Below are positions 51,201-64,000 of a DNA stretch of 64,000 bases, piece by piece (position 1 is the stretch's first letter; the number at the start of each line of letters is the position of its first letter). Source of the DNA: Podarcis gaigeae (Eukaryota); assembly GCA_964106915.2 (NCBI GenBank), contig OZ066919.1; one strand, 5' to 3'. The translations under genes and the position numbers were made by a program. A model generated the notes under the pieces. That model saw nothing but the letters and a program-made list of their open reading frames with translations, did no database searches and was not told the DNA's origin.

Positions 51201-53904
51201 CCCCAGCAAAACCTAATGGTTTATTTCTAATCTTGCCTAGAATCTTTTCTCTCTTAGGGTAAATTCAGGTGGCTGATGTTTTCACACTACTGTATCTCAT
51301 TTTCAGTCACAATAGGTAGGGGTCCACATGGACATCTGTTGCCTAAAGGGTCTAGCATGTAATGGATCCTGTTACTTCTATACTTTCAACAAGCTACCAA
51401 AATGTCACACAAGAATTCAGTGTACAATGTAATAGACACAATGCAATAGAAAGGGCAGGCCACAGGCTTATGCAAACAGAGTGATATGGACAGAAGTACT
51501 GGGATAGTTATGGACTGAAAGCAACACCTACTTTATTGTTTTCACAATCTGCTATTGTGGTAGATAATTTGTTAGGACAGGGGTTGGTTTTGTTTTGTGG
51601 ATGTGCCTGAGGAACCCACTGGAGATAAAACTGCTGTTTTATTACACCCTGTGGAAATACAGAAGAAAATGTGGGTATGACCCCAAAGATCTTACAGGGA
51701 AAAGTAATCAAAGGAAGAAAATTCACGAACAAGGGAACATTCAAAGTTTTCGCAGACATAGAAGGGTAATTCATACAGTGAAGTTTAAAATGGCGCTATT
51801 GAAATGAATTTCAAAGAGAGCAAATCATCATTTTCATCCTTTGTGGGAAGACGAGCTTGCTTTATTTCACAGCTTGTTGACTTAATTGTGGAAACTTTTA
51901 TTTAACATTCACTCTCGGATGTTGAATAGCAGCTTCCATTTAAAGGTGCATCTCTATTGATTTTCCAAATAATACAAATAAAAGAATAGAAAAGCACAAG
52001 AAAGGGTGGGACCAAAAAAGTGCATGAAAAAATGAGTTAAAATAAATGTCAGAAAAATCACCATGAGAAAAGAAATAATCATTTCCACTTTACATAGGAG
52101 GAAAGAAAACCTTATATCTAAGAATACCTTAACTAACATTTTATAATTCCCAATCATTGATTTAGCAGTCCAGTCCAGTCCTCTATATTTATTTGTTTAA
52201 TTTCATAAAAATGATAGACCATTTGATTGTAAAAACAACAAACCTCAAAGTGGTTCTCTTAGAGGTGAGCCTCACTGAATTTAATGGGACTTGCTCCTAA
52301 GTAAGTGTACATAGGATTGCCGTCTAATTTACATCCAAAATCTAGCTGTGAAGCAAAAAAGTGATGCTCCTACCATTTCATAGAGATCAAACTGAGAAGC
52401 TGAGAAAACAAACTCAAATGTACTATAGAGCATTCATTCCAGAGCATAGGACAGAATTCATTTTTCCTAAATCTCAAGAAATTGCATCAACATCCTATAC
52501 ACATTTACTTCCAAGTACATGTGTATAGGATTGGGTTCTTTTTAAATGTTTCCAAATAATGTTCCTTGTAGTGTCTAATAAATGGGTCCAAGATCTATGA
52601 AGCCAATTTAAGCCCTATACTGACAGAGTTCCTTCTTAAATTTTTAAATCATTAAGAAATAAATGTTTGGCATTTACTTAGAAATACATCCCTAGTGATG
52701 CATAATTCTGAGTATAGGTGGATAGGATTGAGTTGCAAAAATGTTTAGAAAAGTAGCTTTGATATAAACAGATTGTGTTGTGAATATTCCCCTGCAGAGA
52801 TAATGAGATCTTGTGATAGCGAGCAAAGATTCTAAATCCTGAGTTACTAAACCACAGAAGTGCTGATACAGGTCTTCAAAATGCTTGAAGGCTTTTCTTT
52901 TAATGTACAGACCTGCTTTTGCAAGTCCTCTCCCTTGGGTATGTTAAGACTTGTTTGTAGGTTTTTGGGAACTTCATAAGAACAAAAGGAACCTGTCTGC
53001 TGAAATTCCTCCCTGCAAACCTGACTTCTTTGTAATGCATTTTCATTAGGCATGTTTCTACGGGTCTTGGGTGAGATCAGCCCCCAGACTCTCAGCTTCC
53101 TTCCCAAAGTGTTAACCCTTTCCAAGGCCAAGCCTTTAGGGTGCATGAAACTTGAATAGAATGGAAACCAAGCTGAGGACATTAGTAATGCTCCCAGCCA
53201 ATAACTACCTAATAAGCAAACTGCAGGTTACCAAAGTGATAATGGCTGCAAGAATACAATGGGTGTTGTGGCGATGTGATGAAGCACATTCCACAGAAGG
53301 AGCTGACATCCAAAATTCCTTTTTGCAGGATCATTAAACAAGTGTACTAAACCATACCTGTTTGATAGACCTTAATCAGAGCTGTTTTAGACAATCTTGC
53401 ATTAGTTTCCAAGAGAGTTTTGAAAAGAGATGGTAAAGAACTATTACTATATACATTTGCATCCAAATTTCAAATCAAATTCTATCGGAAAGGTCTGAGT
53501 GAACTTAAAAACTGTCCTCTGAATGATCTTCAATGTTTCCTGGGCACATTAATGCAAGCTATATCCTAATTTATTAGGCAGAGCTACCATATGCTCAAAG
53601 AAAGGAAGACAGCTTTCTTCCCAAAAGCTGTCTTTTGTGCTCAGAGAGGACAATATTTCATGTGCTGAACTTTCAGTTGTTTCCATGTGTCTGAAATCAG
53701 TGCTACGGATACATATTCTCCTGATGAGAGGCCTTTCCAGTGTCATCCCCTAAAATAAGCCCCACAAGGTTGTCCATTTCCTTGTAGAAATGAATGCATG
53801 GAGGGGTGAAGCCGTGTTTGCTACCTGACCCCAACCTCTAACTGTTATGTGTTCAAGGCACCATTTGCACAAGAGCATATGCTCCTATCAGAGATGTTTG
53901 ACAT

Positions 53905-54032
53905 TGGTGGACTCTCCTTCACTGGAGGATTTTAAGCCATCTGTCTTGGATGCTTTAGTTGAGATTCCTGCATTGCACTGGGTCGGACTAGAAGACCCTT
54001 GGGCTCACTTCCAACTCTGCAGTTCTATGATT
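53905..54032 (+). mobile_element. CR1 LINE 3' end
   Basis: CTCTCCTTCACTGGAGG...GGACTAGAAGACC...TTCCAACTCT..TTCTATGATTC terminal motif. Confidence 0.85.
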
Positions 54033-54384
54033 CATATACCCAAACACGTGTGGGCATTCTACTTGTAAACTATATGCTCCAATTTTTGCAGCCGATGCAT
54101 CATGCATAGAAAATGAATGTATGCTTAGGTGTATGTGTGTCTAGCAAACCAATGCATGTTTAGGTTCCTATGAACATGGGCATCTTGGGAATATCGGAGG
54201 TGGGCTAGCAGTCCACAACCTCAACCTACAACCTGCAATCTCAACCTCCCTCCATTCATTTATATAATGGAATGAATGTTTGAAAGGGTCCATGCATTAT
54301 ACATCAAGCCAAGTCATTGGAATGCCAAGCTTTTTCATTTGAAAATCTTTCTACCTTTTTATGTTTGAGGTGCTTGCTGCACAA

Positions 54385-54535
54385 TTGGACTGCCTTCCTT
54401 GGAGATTTCTAAGCAGAGGTTGGATGGCCACCTGCCATGTATTATTTAGTTGAGATTCCTGCACCCCAGGGGGTTGGACTAGATGACCCTCAGGGGTCCT
54501 TTCCAACTCTACAACTCGATGATTCTTTGATTCTA
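54385..54535 (+). mobile_element. CR1 LINE 3' end
   Basis: AAGCAGAGGTTGGATGGCCA...GGGTTGGACTAGATGACC...TTCCAACTCT..GATTCT repeats. Confidence 0.85.
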
Positions 54536-55625
54536 ACCTGATTCATGTGGCTAGCTTTGAAGAGCCCAGAGTGGTTCTTCAAACCATTCTTGAATGAACT
54601 GGCTGGTTTTAGGCAGCTTTCTGAAAGATCAATTCCCCAAAACTTTAAAGCTGTTTTGAGGAGGTCTTTCTCCTTTCCTTTTCATTATATGATGCTGTGG
54701 GAATAGCATATGAGCACTTGGGGGGAAGAGAGCATGGGGTGGGGGTGAGAATCTCCCTATACAGATCAAGACATTCTGCCAGTTATTTTTTCTGCTTACA
54801 TTCCAACATCAATGAAAACAGCAATTTATCCCTGTTTAAATTCAAGGTACTTTATAATCCTAGACAAATAAATATGGATTTAAGACCTTGGGTCTTTTTA
54901 AGGAGAGAACATTAACAAGACTGGTGATCAGTTGATACTGCTGTAGTTCATATTGCTTTGACTTTCTCACAGCCATTATCTCTTCAGAGAATCTTGGGCA
55001 TTTTGGGGGGGGGGGGAATTCCCTGCCTCCCGCCACCATCCCAGCTATAGATGGAATGTGTTGAAAATCTTTCTTAAGGGTGAAATCCTGGGTCATTCAG
55101 GCTAAGTCTCTTTACAGTAAAGGTTTTGTGAGTGTACCCAAAATGAAAATTAAGGAGAAAATGGACACATGCACAGATGCTTGACACAGTACACTGCCTT
55201 CAATGAAATTTGGAATTTGGCTGTTGGGGTACATCTAGATGAGCACCATAAAGGAATGTGTATATACAAATAAATAAGCATGTTCTTCTCTGCTAATTAA
55301 AACGGGACTGCAAGGATTCCTAAGGGTAAAATGCAACAGTTTTGACATTCTGCATTCCATATTCTTTTTCTTCCTGCACCTCATTTCCTGTTATACTTTC
55401 TGCAGCTTCAACATGTTTACTTGAAAATACATCTCTCCTTTTTAGCAGGGCTTACTTCCAATTAAGTATATACAGGCTTTGAGACATAGTGTATCCTTTC
55501 CAGTCCTGGCTCTGCAGTAACATAACTCCCTATTCTGTCCTTTCCTTAACTATCAGCAAATGTTTATATTAAAGGATAACAGCAACAACAACAAACAAAT
55601 ATAATCATACTGTATAGTAACTCAC

Positions 55626-55722
55626 CTGTATTTTGATCAGTTTTGAATAGTTCCAGGCCTGGGGCATCTCGGCTTTTACTTTAAGCCATTACAAAAACAA
55701 ACAAACAAACAAACAAAAAAAT
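55626..55722 (-). other. Candidate 97-nt exon (UTR/lncRNA-like)
   Basis: Minus strand: ~25-nt polypyrimidine tract + TTCAG| acceptor and CAG|GTGAGT donor, both near consensus. No recognisable protein. Confidence 0.4.
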
Positions 55723-56454
55723 CTGAATCAAGAGAAAGAAAAAGGAAGAGAATATATAATATAAATTACCCTTTGCTTTTAAAAAAAAGTTGCTCTAAAA
55801 AAAGTAAAATAAAAATAGAAGAGAATAGATTTCAATCAAGGTTATATTGTTCATACAGATAGGCAGGGGAAATGGAAGAGAAATCAATTGAGCACTGAAA
55901 AAGAAAAGAAAAGAAAAAGAAAGCAATAAACTCATGTTAAAAGTATTTAAAAAACAATACAACAAGCAGCACAGATATAGGACTAAATGTCTGCCCGTTC
56001 AAGGTGGTGTCCATCAGTGTGAGTCTTTATTTGTCTTATGCATCAGGAGGGTTCCAGTTACCTAAATAACTTAACCAATAGGGAATGGAATCTCTCTACC
56101 TGGTTCCACCCACCCAGAACCTCACCCTCCAGGGATAAGTGCACCTTTGCATATCTGTTAGCAAACCTCACTTTTCCCCTGCACTCCATACCTTTTTAAA
56201 ATAAAGCCAAACCCGCAGAAAAGTGGCTCTTGAAGGGGATCCTTTTGAGAGCCTGCAAATGCAAGCTGACTGTCTCCAGTGAAGCGGGGGGTCTTTTTTC
56301 AGTCTGAGATTTTGCTATTAGAGAGGAAATTGCAGTGTTAGTGAGGATTTCTCTCGCATTTATCTGCAACACGTTTACTCCTTCTTTTGTGACAGGATTT
56401 CTTGGACCCATGAACACAAAGGTGGTGCCTTTCAGATGCTGTAGGACTATTATT

Positions 56455-56682
56455 ATTTTTATTTAACACATTTATATACCACCTTCTTTTCCAAGGAGCT
56501 CAAGGTGGTATACGTGGTCTCTCCCACCCCCACCCCCCATTTTTATACTCACAACTATGCTGTGAGGTAGCTTAGACTGAGGCAGTGACTGGCACCCAGT
56601 CACCCAGTGAGCTTCTTGGCCATGTGGTGATTTGAACCCTGGTGTCTCAGGTCCTAGTCTGACATTCTTAACCACTGCACCA
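56455..56682 (-). mobile_element. MIR/Squam3-like CORE SINE, near full length
   Basis: Minus-strand TGTGGTGCAGTGGTTAAGAATG (A box), GGTTCAAATC (B box), CTCACTGGGTGACTGGG..CCAGTCAC core and an A-rich tail. Confidence 0.8.
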
Positions 56683-59600
56683 CAATGGAGTACAATTCTG
56701 ACCATTTTTGACCAACCATTGGTCATGGTGGCTGAGGCCTATGGGATTTGGAGTTCAAGAGCATCTCAAAGCCACATGTTGGCTCTGCTGGTTTACATTA
56801 CTATCATATAAACCTACAAAGGAGTCTAAATATAACATTACATGAAGACAAAATAAGACAAGTGATTAACTTACAGAGCAGTACTTGAATAACAGAGTGG
56901 CAGAGTGGGCTCAGCCACTCTACCTTTATCATGGCTCCCTTAGCTGCTGTTTTTAAAAGGATAATGGGCAGGGGCATGATTTAGCTAAAACTGGAAGGAA
57001 TCATTGGTTGAATTAAGTGTCCCTCTACTTCCTCCGCCCCCAAAACCTATACTGTTGTAGAGAGACATTGGGAGGGGGAACCCCTCAATTGTAATGAATC
57101 CCTAGCTTATGTCTATGTAATGGGTGGGCCTCATTGAAATCAATGGGGTTTAACACTGAAAAGACACGTATTGAATTGGACTGTAGACATTTTTGTCCTG
57201 CTAATCCCACATTCCAGAACTGAGTACAAAATTGTTTTCTTGGCCAAATTCTTAGAGTCCCATAGAAATAACTGCTACATTTAATTAGAGATTAACAGAA
57301 ACAGAAGCGGAAATTTCTGCAATTCTCATGGTCATCTGAGGTCAGGAATGGAAATCATGCAAGTGAATATGAGCAGTAGTTGCTTTCATAGGTTTTTTTT
57401 TTTTTTTTTTAGTCTGCAAACATTATGGAAATAATTGCATTTTTTCCTGTATTAGTTTTGACCTTTCCATCCCATAGAAATTCATTGAAATTGATTATGT
57501 AATTAAAGGCATTATTAAGTATGTAAACTTTGGCCATAGTGCATAGCGAGACAAACAATGTAGGCTTTAGCTGAAACTGAACTGTGGTGGAATGGAAACA
57601 GTGCTGATTGCAATGAAATGCCTTCTTACATTCTAAACTGCAATAAACCCAAAATATACCCATTGACTTGGGTTGGACTTCTCAACCATCTAGCTGAAAA
57701 TAAAGGTCAAATCTTAGATGTTCAGTCTATACTTATTAGTATTACAACAGCCAACACAGATGGAATACAGGGGACTGAAGCTGTGAAGAATTAAATTACC
57801 CAGATGTCATTACATTATTATTGCACAGTATACGATATTTGCTTATAGAAGGATGTCAGTCAAGAAATGTTCTTACCAATCCATCTCTCCCAAGCACATT
57901 CACAGTTCACCTTTGGGGAAAATATGCTTGTGTGGTCCTGAAGCTTTGTTTGTTTTGACCTCTACATTTGTCCAGTAAATAAAATCAAGTTATTTACTTT
58001 GGCTGCTGGTTTGCAGGATCACACGCAATATAGGAAAGCTCAGGGCCACAGCATCTCTTGGAATTGTCCACTGTAAATCCAGACAAACAGCTGGAGAGTA
58101 ATTGTATGAAGGCTTTTCATCCCCCAAACCCGGCCTTGAATTTATTCATGACAGGTGAAAAACTGTCTTCTGAAGGAGCTGCCTATTCAGGAGTGAGGAA
58201 GTATCCGGTTCCATTCCATTGCAATTGTAATCTTACTTCTAGCAAAAGAATATATATGTTACTCAGGTGGCTGCTGCAGGTTTTCAGTACCACACAATTA
58301 TTAAAATATAACTGTGACACTTTGCTACTTCCCTACAGCAAGGAATGTATCACATTCATACAAGAAAAAGAATCCTATCCAAAAGGATCAAGTTCTGAAA
58401 TCTACATTTGGCCACAGACTGCCCATTTTCATTGTACTATATGTTGATTTATATGCATGTTGCGTTTTTGCTGTTGATTCTAGACAGAATAATGCTATTT
58501 ATTAGGAATGTGCTCTGTAGGTTTGTGTCATCCTAAAGCAGTTTCTAGAAACATGCACAAAGTGGGGTGGATGTGGTTTGAACATAGATTCACTGTGTTT
58601 CAAGTCACAGTGCACAGAATATGTGTTTAAGGTTGAACAAAAGATCCACATTTTGGATTGCTAAAAATACATTTCCAAGGATTGGTTCAAATTAGCTGAT
58701 TTTTCTAAAAGGGTGAAATTTGCCAAAAGTATTGTAGAAACTCAAAACTGTCCCCCAATGTTCTGCATTCTATAGATTATCGTATAACTTGTGACATGTG
58801 TGTGTTAAATTTATTTTCCTGGGTCACATGAAAGCAAATTGCCTCAAAAACACGTGAATTACATATCCCTGCAAAGTGCTGTGAATAATCTAATCCCACC
58901 ACTGGAAGCTAAATGGCAAGTTGAAGCTTGCATCTTTTATACCACCTGCCTCTGTGCATGATGTGGACTTATTTCAACACAGCCCTCTGGGTTAGTAAAA
59001 GCATACTGGGGGTGGTGACACATCATATGATCAGTCTATAGCTCACCAATGTTGATAGAAAGGCCAATTGTGGAAGAATCTACCAGGTTGCCTGAAAGGC
59101 CCCAAGAGACATGCAGTTTATTACTTGCTGAAAGTTGGAAAATTTGAAACATCGCTCTCCATTCTGCTGACTGCCAAGTCCGGTTGTTAGGGGCTGCAAA
59201 CAGAGCTTGTGATTCATCGAATTCTAGCCATTTGCTTTAAGAGCAGCAATTAGAGGTTCCCTTTGATTAGCATCCTTGTTCAATAATCGTAGGCGAGGTG
59301 GGATTTTTTGGTTCTCATCTGCATAGAATCAACCACATGCCAATTTTCTAAGGCTTGCACCTCATAAAAAAACAGAGCAACTGAACAGCAATATAGATTT
59401 CATTCAGAAAGCCAGTGCCGGCTGCTTTAATTGTTAAACTAAATGTACCAGGCAGTCCCCAAACACCTCCAGGGCAATAGAGCCTATAGAGCTAGTAGTT
59501 GTGGTGACTGTGTTAAGGGTCTCAGAAGGGATTCTCCGAAGGAAGGAAGATAAATAATTTTCAAGTGAAACAATTAAGGATGGGTTGTAATATAATTGTA

Positions 59601-59802
59601 GAACAATATCCTAGGGCCCTAAAGGTGCTTGGATTTTACTTCTTCATTAATTAAAGATAAGCCAGGATGGTCATGTTTAATTATTTAAAGATTCTTACCA
59701 ACATTTCTGGTCCTCATACACAGAGGAAGATTTTAGCTTATATTTACTATGAGTCCCCCCTCCCCCTCTCATACACACAGATAGAGATGCACTACCATGA
59801 AG

Positions 59803-60019
59803 AGAAGACTCCCTGGAAAAGACCCTGATGCTGGGAAAGATTGAGGGCACAAGGAGAAGGGGACGGCAGAGGACGAGATGGTTGGACAGTGTTCTCGAAG
59901 CTACTAACATGAGTCTGACCAAACTGCGGGAGGCAGTGGAAGACAGGAGTGCCTGGCGTGCTCTGGTCCAGGGGGTCACGAAGAGTCGGACATGACTAAA
60001 CGACTAAACAACATCAACA
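59803..60019 (+). mobile_element. 5'-truncated BovB (RTE) LINE with TSD
   Basis: Encodes DSLEKTLMLGKIEGTRRRGRQRTRWLD, ends GGGGTCACGAAGAGTCGGACATGACTAAACGACTAAAC(AAC)n, with a 9-bp TSD ACCATGAAG (59794-59802 / 60020-60028). Confidence 0.95.
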
Positions 60020-60405
60020 ACCATGAAGCTACAACTGCATTTTAAGAGTAGATCTCCTTACATGCAGAGTGAAATGATAATAATGCAATGCAAAAGATCC
60101 ACATTGCATGGACGAAACACACACGCAGAGGCAGAAAGGGGGTTATAATCGTAGGCTCCAATAATTGATTAAGTTTGGTGGGAAGTTTGTACACAGCTCA
60201 ATTTGAGACAAAGCTTTATTGGTAGCTTAGCTCTGGAACTTCTTTCTAGTGTCAATTTGCAACAAGAAGGGCCTGTTCCGATACATTTGTTGGCCTCCTT
60301 ACCAATATTTGACCTGAGCCGAGACTGATATGTACTGATATGTCTGACAATATATGTTGGCATGTTTACCTTATCCCACCACTTCTGAAGGAAGAACTGC
60401 CTAAC

Positions 60406-60594
60406 CAGAGGTGCCAACTTGAACAAAACATTGGGGGTGGGGGGGAGGTAAGCCCTGACCTGAATAATTGATCATATTATGTTGTACGTGCACACCATTT
60501 AAATGATAACGCCCATCAACTGAGGGGACATTATTTATTATTTTATTTTTGGGGGGAGCAAAAACCGCTTGGCCCCTAGGAGTTGGCTCCTATG
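60406..60594. mobile_element. hAT-like MITE with 8-bp TSD
   Basis: TIRs CAGAGGTGCCAACT / AGTTGGCTCCTATG (12/14); TSD TGCCTAAC / CGCCTAAC. Confidence 0.8.
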
Positions 60595-62303
60595 CGCCTA
60601 ACTGAAATTCTAACTGAAGTAAAGGGTGACAACTCGTTTCTCTGTGTTTCCACTGCTAAGAGAGGCCTGTATGAAATGACATGAGTGAGAGTGACTGCAT
60701 CAGTACAGTGGAACATTTTGCCCCATGAAGCCCAGATGGCCTATTAACTGGCTGCCTTTTGCTGCCTGGGGTGTGTCTCTCTGTGTGTATAATTCCAGCA
60801 GGTTTTTGCTGTGGTTATGTTTCCTCTTTGACTTTTGTTTTATTTTTAAGGTATATTTTATACAATAAAATAAATAAATTCAAAAGATGCACGATTTCAG
60901 GTTTCTCAAATGGGATTTTAAGGACATGATTATAAAAACACTGCTGCATCCTTTCTTTACCCACCCATGCTGTCTATCTCCTAGCAAATATAGTCGAATC
61001 ACAGAAATCCTCAGGCATACCTAGAAATTCAGATGCCACATTGCTTAGATGCCATGCAGCAGCCACCTGAGAGATTGCAACTACTCTCGGAGCTATAATC
61101 ATGTAATCATTTAGACTATTACTTTCAATATTTCCACCAAAGTTGGCAGTTTTTTTTCTTGTTGCCAATAAAATCATGTTCCATCCTGTAATGAGCAACA
61201 AATGAAATAATCTAACATTCAATCTCACCATTTAAAAAATTAAACACAGGGATAGAACCCTACAGACCAAGGAACTGTAAACTTCCCAACCAAACAGCAC
61301 ACGACTCAACAGGATTATGTGGTGTTGACTTTACTATCTTAGAAACCTCGAAGCCTAATATCAAACCTTGCCGCTTGTATATATGGAAGGACGTGATTTA
61401 CTTTCAGATCTTACCCCTCCCACCCACAGTTCCTGTGATTCACCCACTTAAAATTTTGCACAGTGGCCCAGATCCAGAAATCTTAATCTTCATGAGGAAA
61501 TGGGTTCCTACAAGCTATTTGGTATGCCAGGTGTGCAAAAGGTATGGTCTTGTGTGGGGAGTGAGGAGCCTAGATTGCCAAGCAGTGAGACAAGGCATGT
61601 CAGAATCTAACACCTTACCCCATCACCATTCTCATTCTTTCAATTTTAAATCCTGTTTCTGCTTTTGGGCTTTGCATAGGCAGTGAGAACAGGATGCTGG
61701 ACTTTTAGGGCCATTGGCCTGATCCAGCAGACCTCTTAAATTCTTTTCTTTTCTTTTTTGCATGTCCAGTATGCAGTCGATTCCAGTGGGGGTGGGGAAG
61801 CTGGAGTGCTCCTTCCCAGCTACTGAATATGTCAGAGTCCCTCAGAATAGCTTTTATTGAATGAGGGAATAGCAATTACCTCAGTACCTTTTAAATTAGA
61901 GAAAGCAGTACAACAATCCACACACTAATCTGAGAGTTCCCTTCTCTGCCATAGATATTTCATGACAATCACAGAGCAGTTGATTTCTAATGCTTGAATA
62001 TTTACCACACAAAATTATTATGTGTTATTAGGGCAATGCCTTTCTTAGGCCAGTCAAACTATCACCAAACAGTGTGCAAATGTTTCTGTTCCCTTGAGCA
62101 GGCTAGATGACAAACCAAGCTAGTTCTCTGGATCTTTGGCCCATGATAGACCCTAAATTGATAACTAACAGAAGGCCTCTAAAAATCTGAGAAAGTGGAA
62201 AGGGTGGTATCACTGTTGGACTGGAAGCAGGGGCTCCAGAAACCTCAGTTCATTTCCAACCCTGGTTGGAGCAAGTTGCTCACTGTGAATGATCCTTGAT
62301 CAT

Positions 62304-62342
62304 TCACCTGCTTTGGGACCAGCTCACCTGCTTTGGGACCAG
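62304..62342. repeat. 20-bp tandem duplication
   Basis: TCACCTGCTTTGGGACCAG x2. Confidence 0.95.
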
Positions 62343-62384
62343 AACTGGATACACAGGAATAACGTTACAGAAGGAGGCTCTTTT

Positions 62385-62475
62385 TGTGTAGCCATTCCAT
62401 AACTATCATGGCATCCCCTCCAAGATGCCATGTGTAGCCATTCCATAACTATCATGGCATCCCCTCCAAGATGCC
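62385..62475. repeat. 46-bp-period perfect tandem duplication
   Basis: TGTGTAGCCATTCCATAACTATCATGGCATCCCCTCCAAGATGCC x2. Confidence 0.97.
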
Positions 62476-63307
62476 TGGCCAAAAACCAGGCTGTGTTTCT
62501 TATGGACTGTGCTCCTGGGCAAAATCAAAGTGTGAGATTATGGCATCCACAATGGCCACTGTGTTCTTGTGTGAGAAAATGGAAGGTTCCAGTTTTCCTG
62601 GGGCAGTTGAGGAGTATGTCATGATCTATAACTGCACAGACACCTGAACAACAAATATCTGCATCTCAGTTACAAATCTGCAAACTAGGTAACCTGCATT
62701 GTCATCTCTTATGAGAAAATCATTGTGAAAGAGCTGTTGAGTATGAAGTAATCTAGAAGGCCTGGGAAAGGGCAGAATCGATTAGTGTTTGAATATCTTT
62801 AGGATAAAAAAGACGCTTGCTAGATGAATCATCCACCCTAAGAACTGAAATAGCCTTGAGGGTGAACACAGAAGGACAGAATAATTCCTATGTTTCTTCC
62901 AAGGCCTAAAAATAAAGCTTTAGTCTGCAGGCCTTGCCCTGCCCATGTGGCACTGTGATGGATGTGGGACTCTGTAATGGTGACATAAGGTGATTATTCA
63001 GCTGTTAGGAAACGAAGTCTAACTGTATTCTGGCTATTGCTTCTTTGAAATCCTGCACATTTCATCATGGGAAACAACAGGTTCCTTGAGAACCTATTGT
63101 CTCCCATGATGAAATGTTCAGGATTTCATCAGCATAACACACCTTTCTCCACTACTGAGAAACTAGCACTTTCCAAGGCACACTTTTCAAACTGCAATGC
63201 TGATAAGTGGGAATTTGGCCCCTTTTACAAAAGTGTGTTTTGGATGACAATGCCACTAGACTGTGGGAGAGGAAAGAAGCATCCCTTTGTGTGGAGAACA
63301 TCTTGTA

Positions 63308-63420
63308 GTAATAATAATAACAATAACAACAATAATTTATTACTTATACTCCGCCCATCTGGCCAGGCCTCCCCAGCCACTCCTGGCAGCTTCCAACAGA
63401 ATATTAAAACACAATAAAAC
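63308..63420 (-). mobile_element. L2-type LINE 3' tail with (TAA/CAA)n
   Basis: TTTATT..TATAC.CCGCCCATCTGGC..G..CCCCAGCCACTC.TGGC.GCTTCCAACA, the reverse of a common lacertid L2 3' end (from recall). Confidence 0.65.
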
Positions 63421-63494
63421 ATTTGTACTGAGAATAAGCCAAATAATTTATTTACTGTATATATCATGTTTCATCCCTGAGTTGAGTTAGTTAG

Positions 63495-64000
63495 GAATCT
63501 AAATTAGGTAAAATGTATAATACAAGAAACAAGGAATGTTGGAAATGTAAAGAAAAGGAGGGAAATTTCTATCACAGGTGGTGAAATTTTAGTAAGTTAA
63601 AAGCTTAATGGGAAATGATATATAATGAGTTAAAGAAAATGTACAAAAGTACCTTTGTTAAAAAAACCAGAAGCATTTTTGTTGCGTATAGTAGATGAGG
63701 AGATTCCAAAGAGAGACCAAAAACTGTTTATGTATGCAACAACGGCAGCAAGAACTCTTTTAGCCCCAAAATGGAAGCAACAAGAAAAACCAGTGATAGA
63801 AGAGTGGCAGATGAAAATGATGGATTATGCAGAACTGGTGAAACTGAATGGGAAAATCCAAAACCAGTGTGATCAAGCTGTCCAAAAAGACTGGAGTAAA
63901 TTTGTTCATTACCTGAAGGACAATTGTAAGCAATTAACAACACTAGCAGGGTTACTGTAAAAAGACTTGTAATGTTAATGATTATTACCTTTTTATATTT
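63495..64000 (+). mobile_element. L1-clade LINE ORF2 C-terminal remnant (defective)
   Basis: KLGKMYN..KECWKCKEKEGNFYHRW* zinc-knuckle region with in-frame stops, a +1 frameshift near 63660, then KPEAFLL..LFMYATTAARTLLAPKWK..W to a stop at 63960 and the start of the 3' UTR. Confidence 0.85.

Noticed and set aside
58058-58447. 129-aa ORF and the other 60-130 aa ORFs in the track
   Set aside because: No recognisable domains, many non-ATG starts, and lengths expected by chance. Only the LINE-derived ones are interpretable.
62304-62475. CRISPR-like array
   Set aside because: Eukaryotic DNA; adjacent duplications without unique spacers.
63655-63960. 101-aa ORF as a host gene
   Set aside because: It is the tail of a frameshifted L1 ORF2 with upstream stops.

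Overview
Vertebrate DNA, almost certainly from a squamate reptile and probably a lacertid lizard (inferred from Sauria SINE, Squam3-like SINE, BovB, and lizard-type CR1/L2/L1 and MITE families). I find no intact protein-coding gene. The short ORFs are noise or LINE remnants (L1, L2, CR1, BovB). The window looks like a large intron or gene desert: repeat-poor blocks rich in homeodomain/Pbx-Meis/Oct-Sox motifs (candidate enhancers) alternate with many TE fragments, a solo LTR with a 5-bp TSD, microsatellites and one candidate minus-strand exon. The most notable observation is a pair of diverged ~0.8-kb GC-rich LTR-like elements (about 4777-5598 and 6826-7662, minus strand). They share little primary sequence but keep the same predicted RNA architecture with compensatory changes: an ENE-like U-rich internal loop, long-range helices bringing the AAUAAA region next to it, and several conserved hairpins. 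All of this was read by eye; TE family names come from recall of consensus sequences and many boundaries are approximate.
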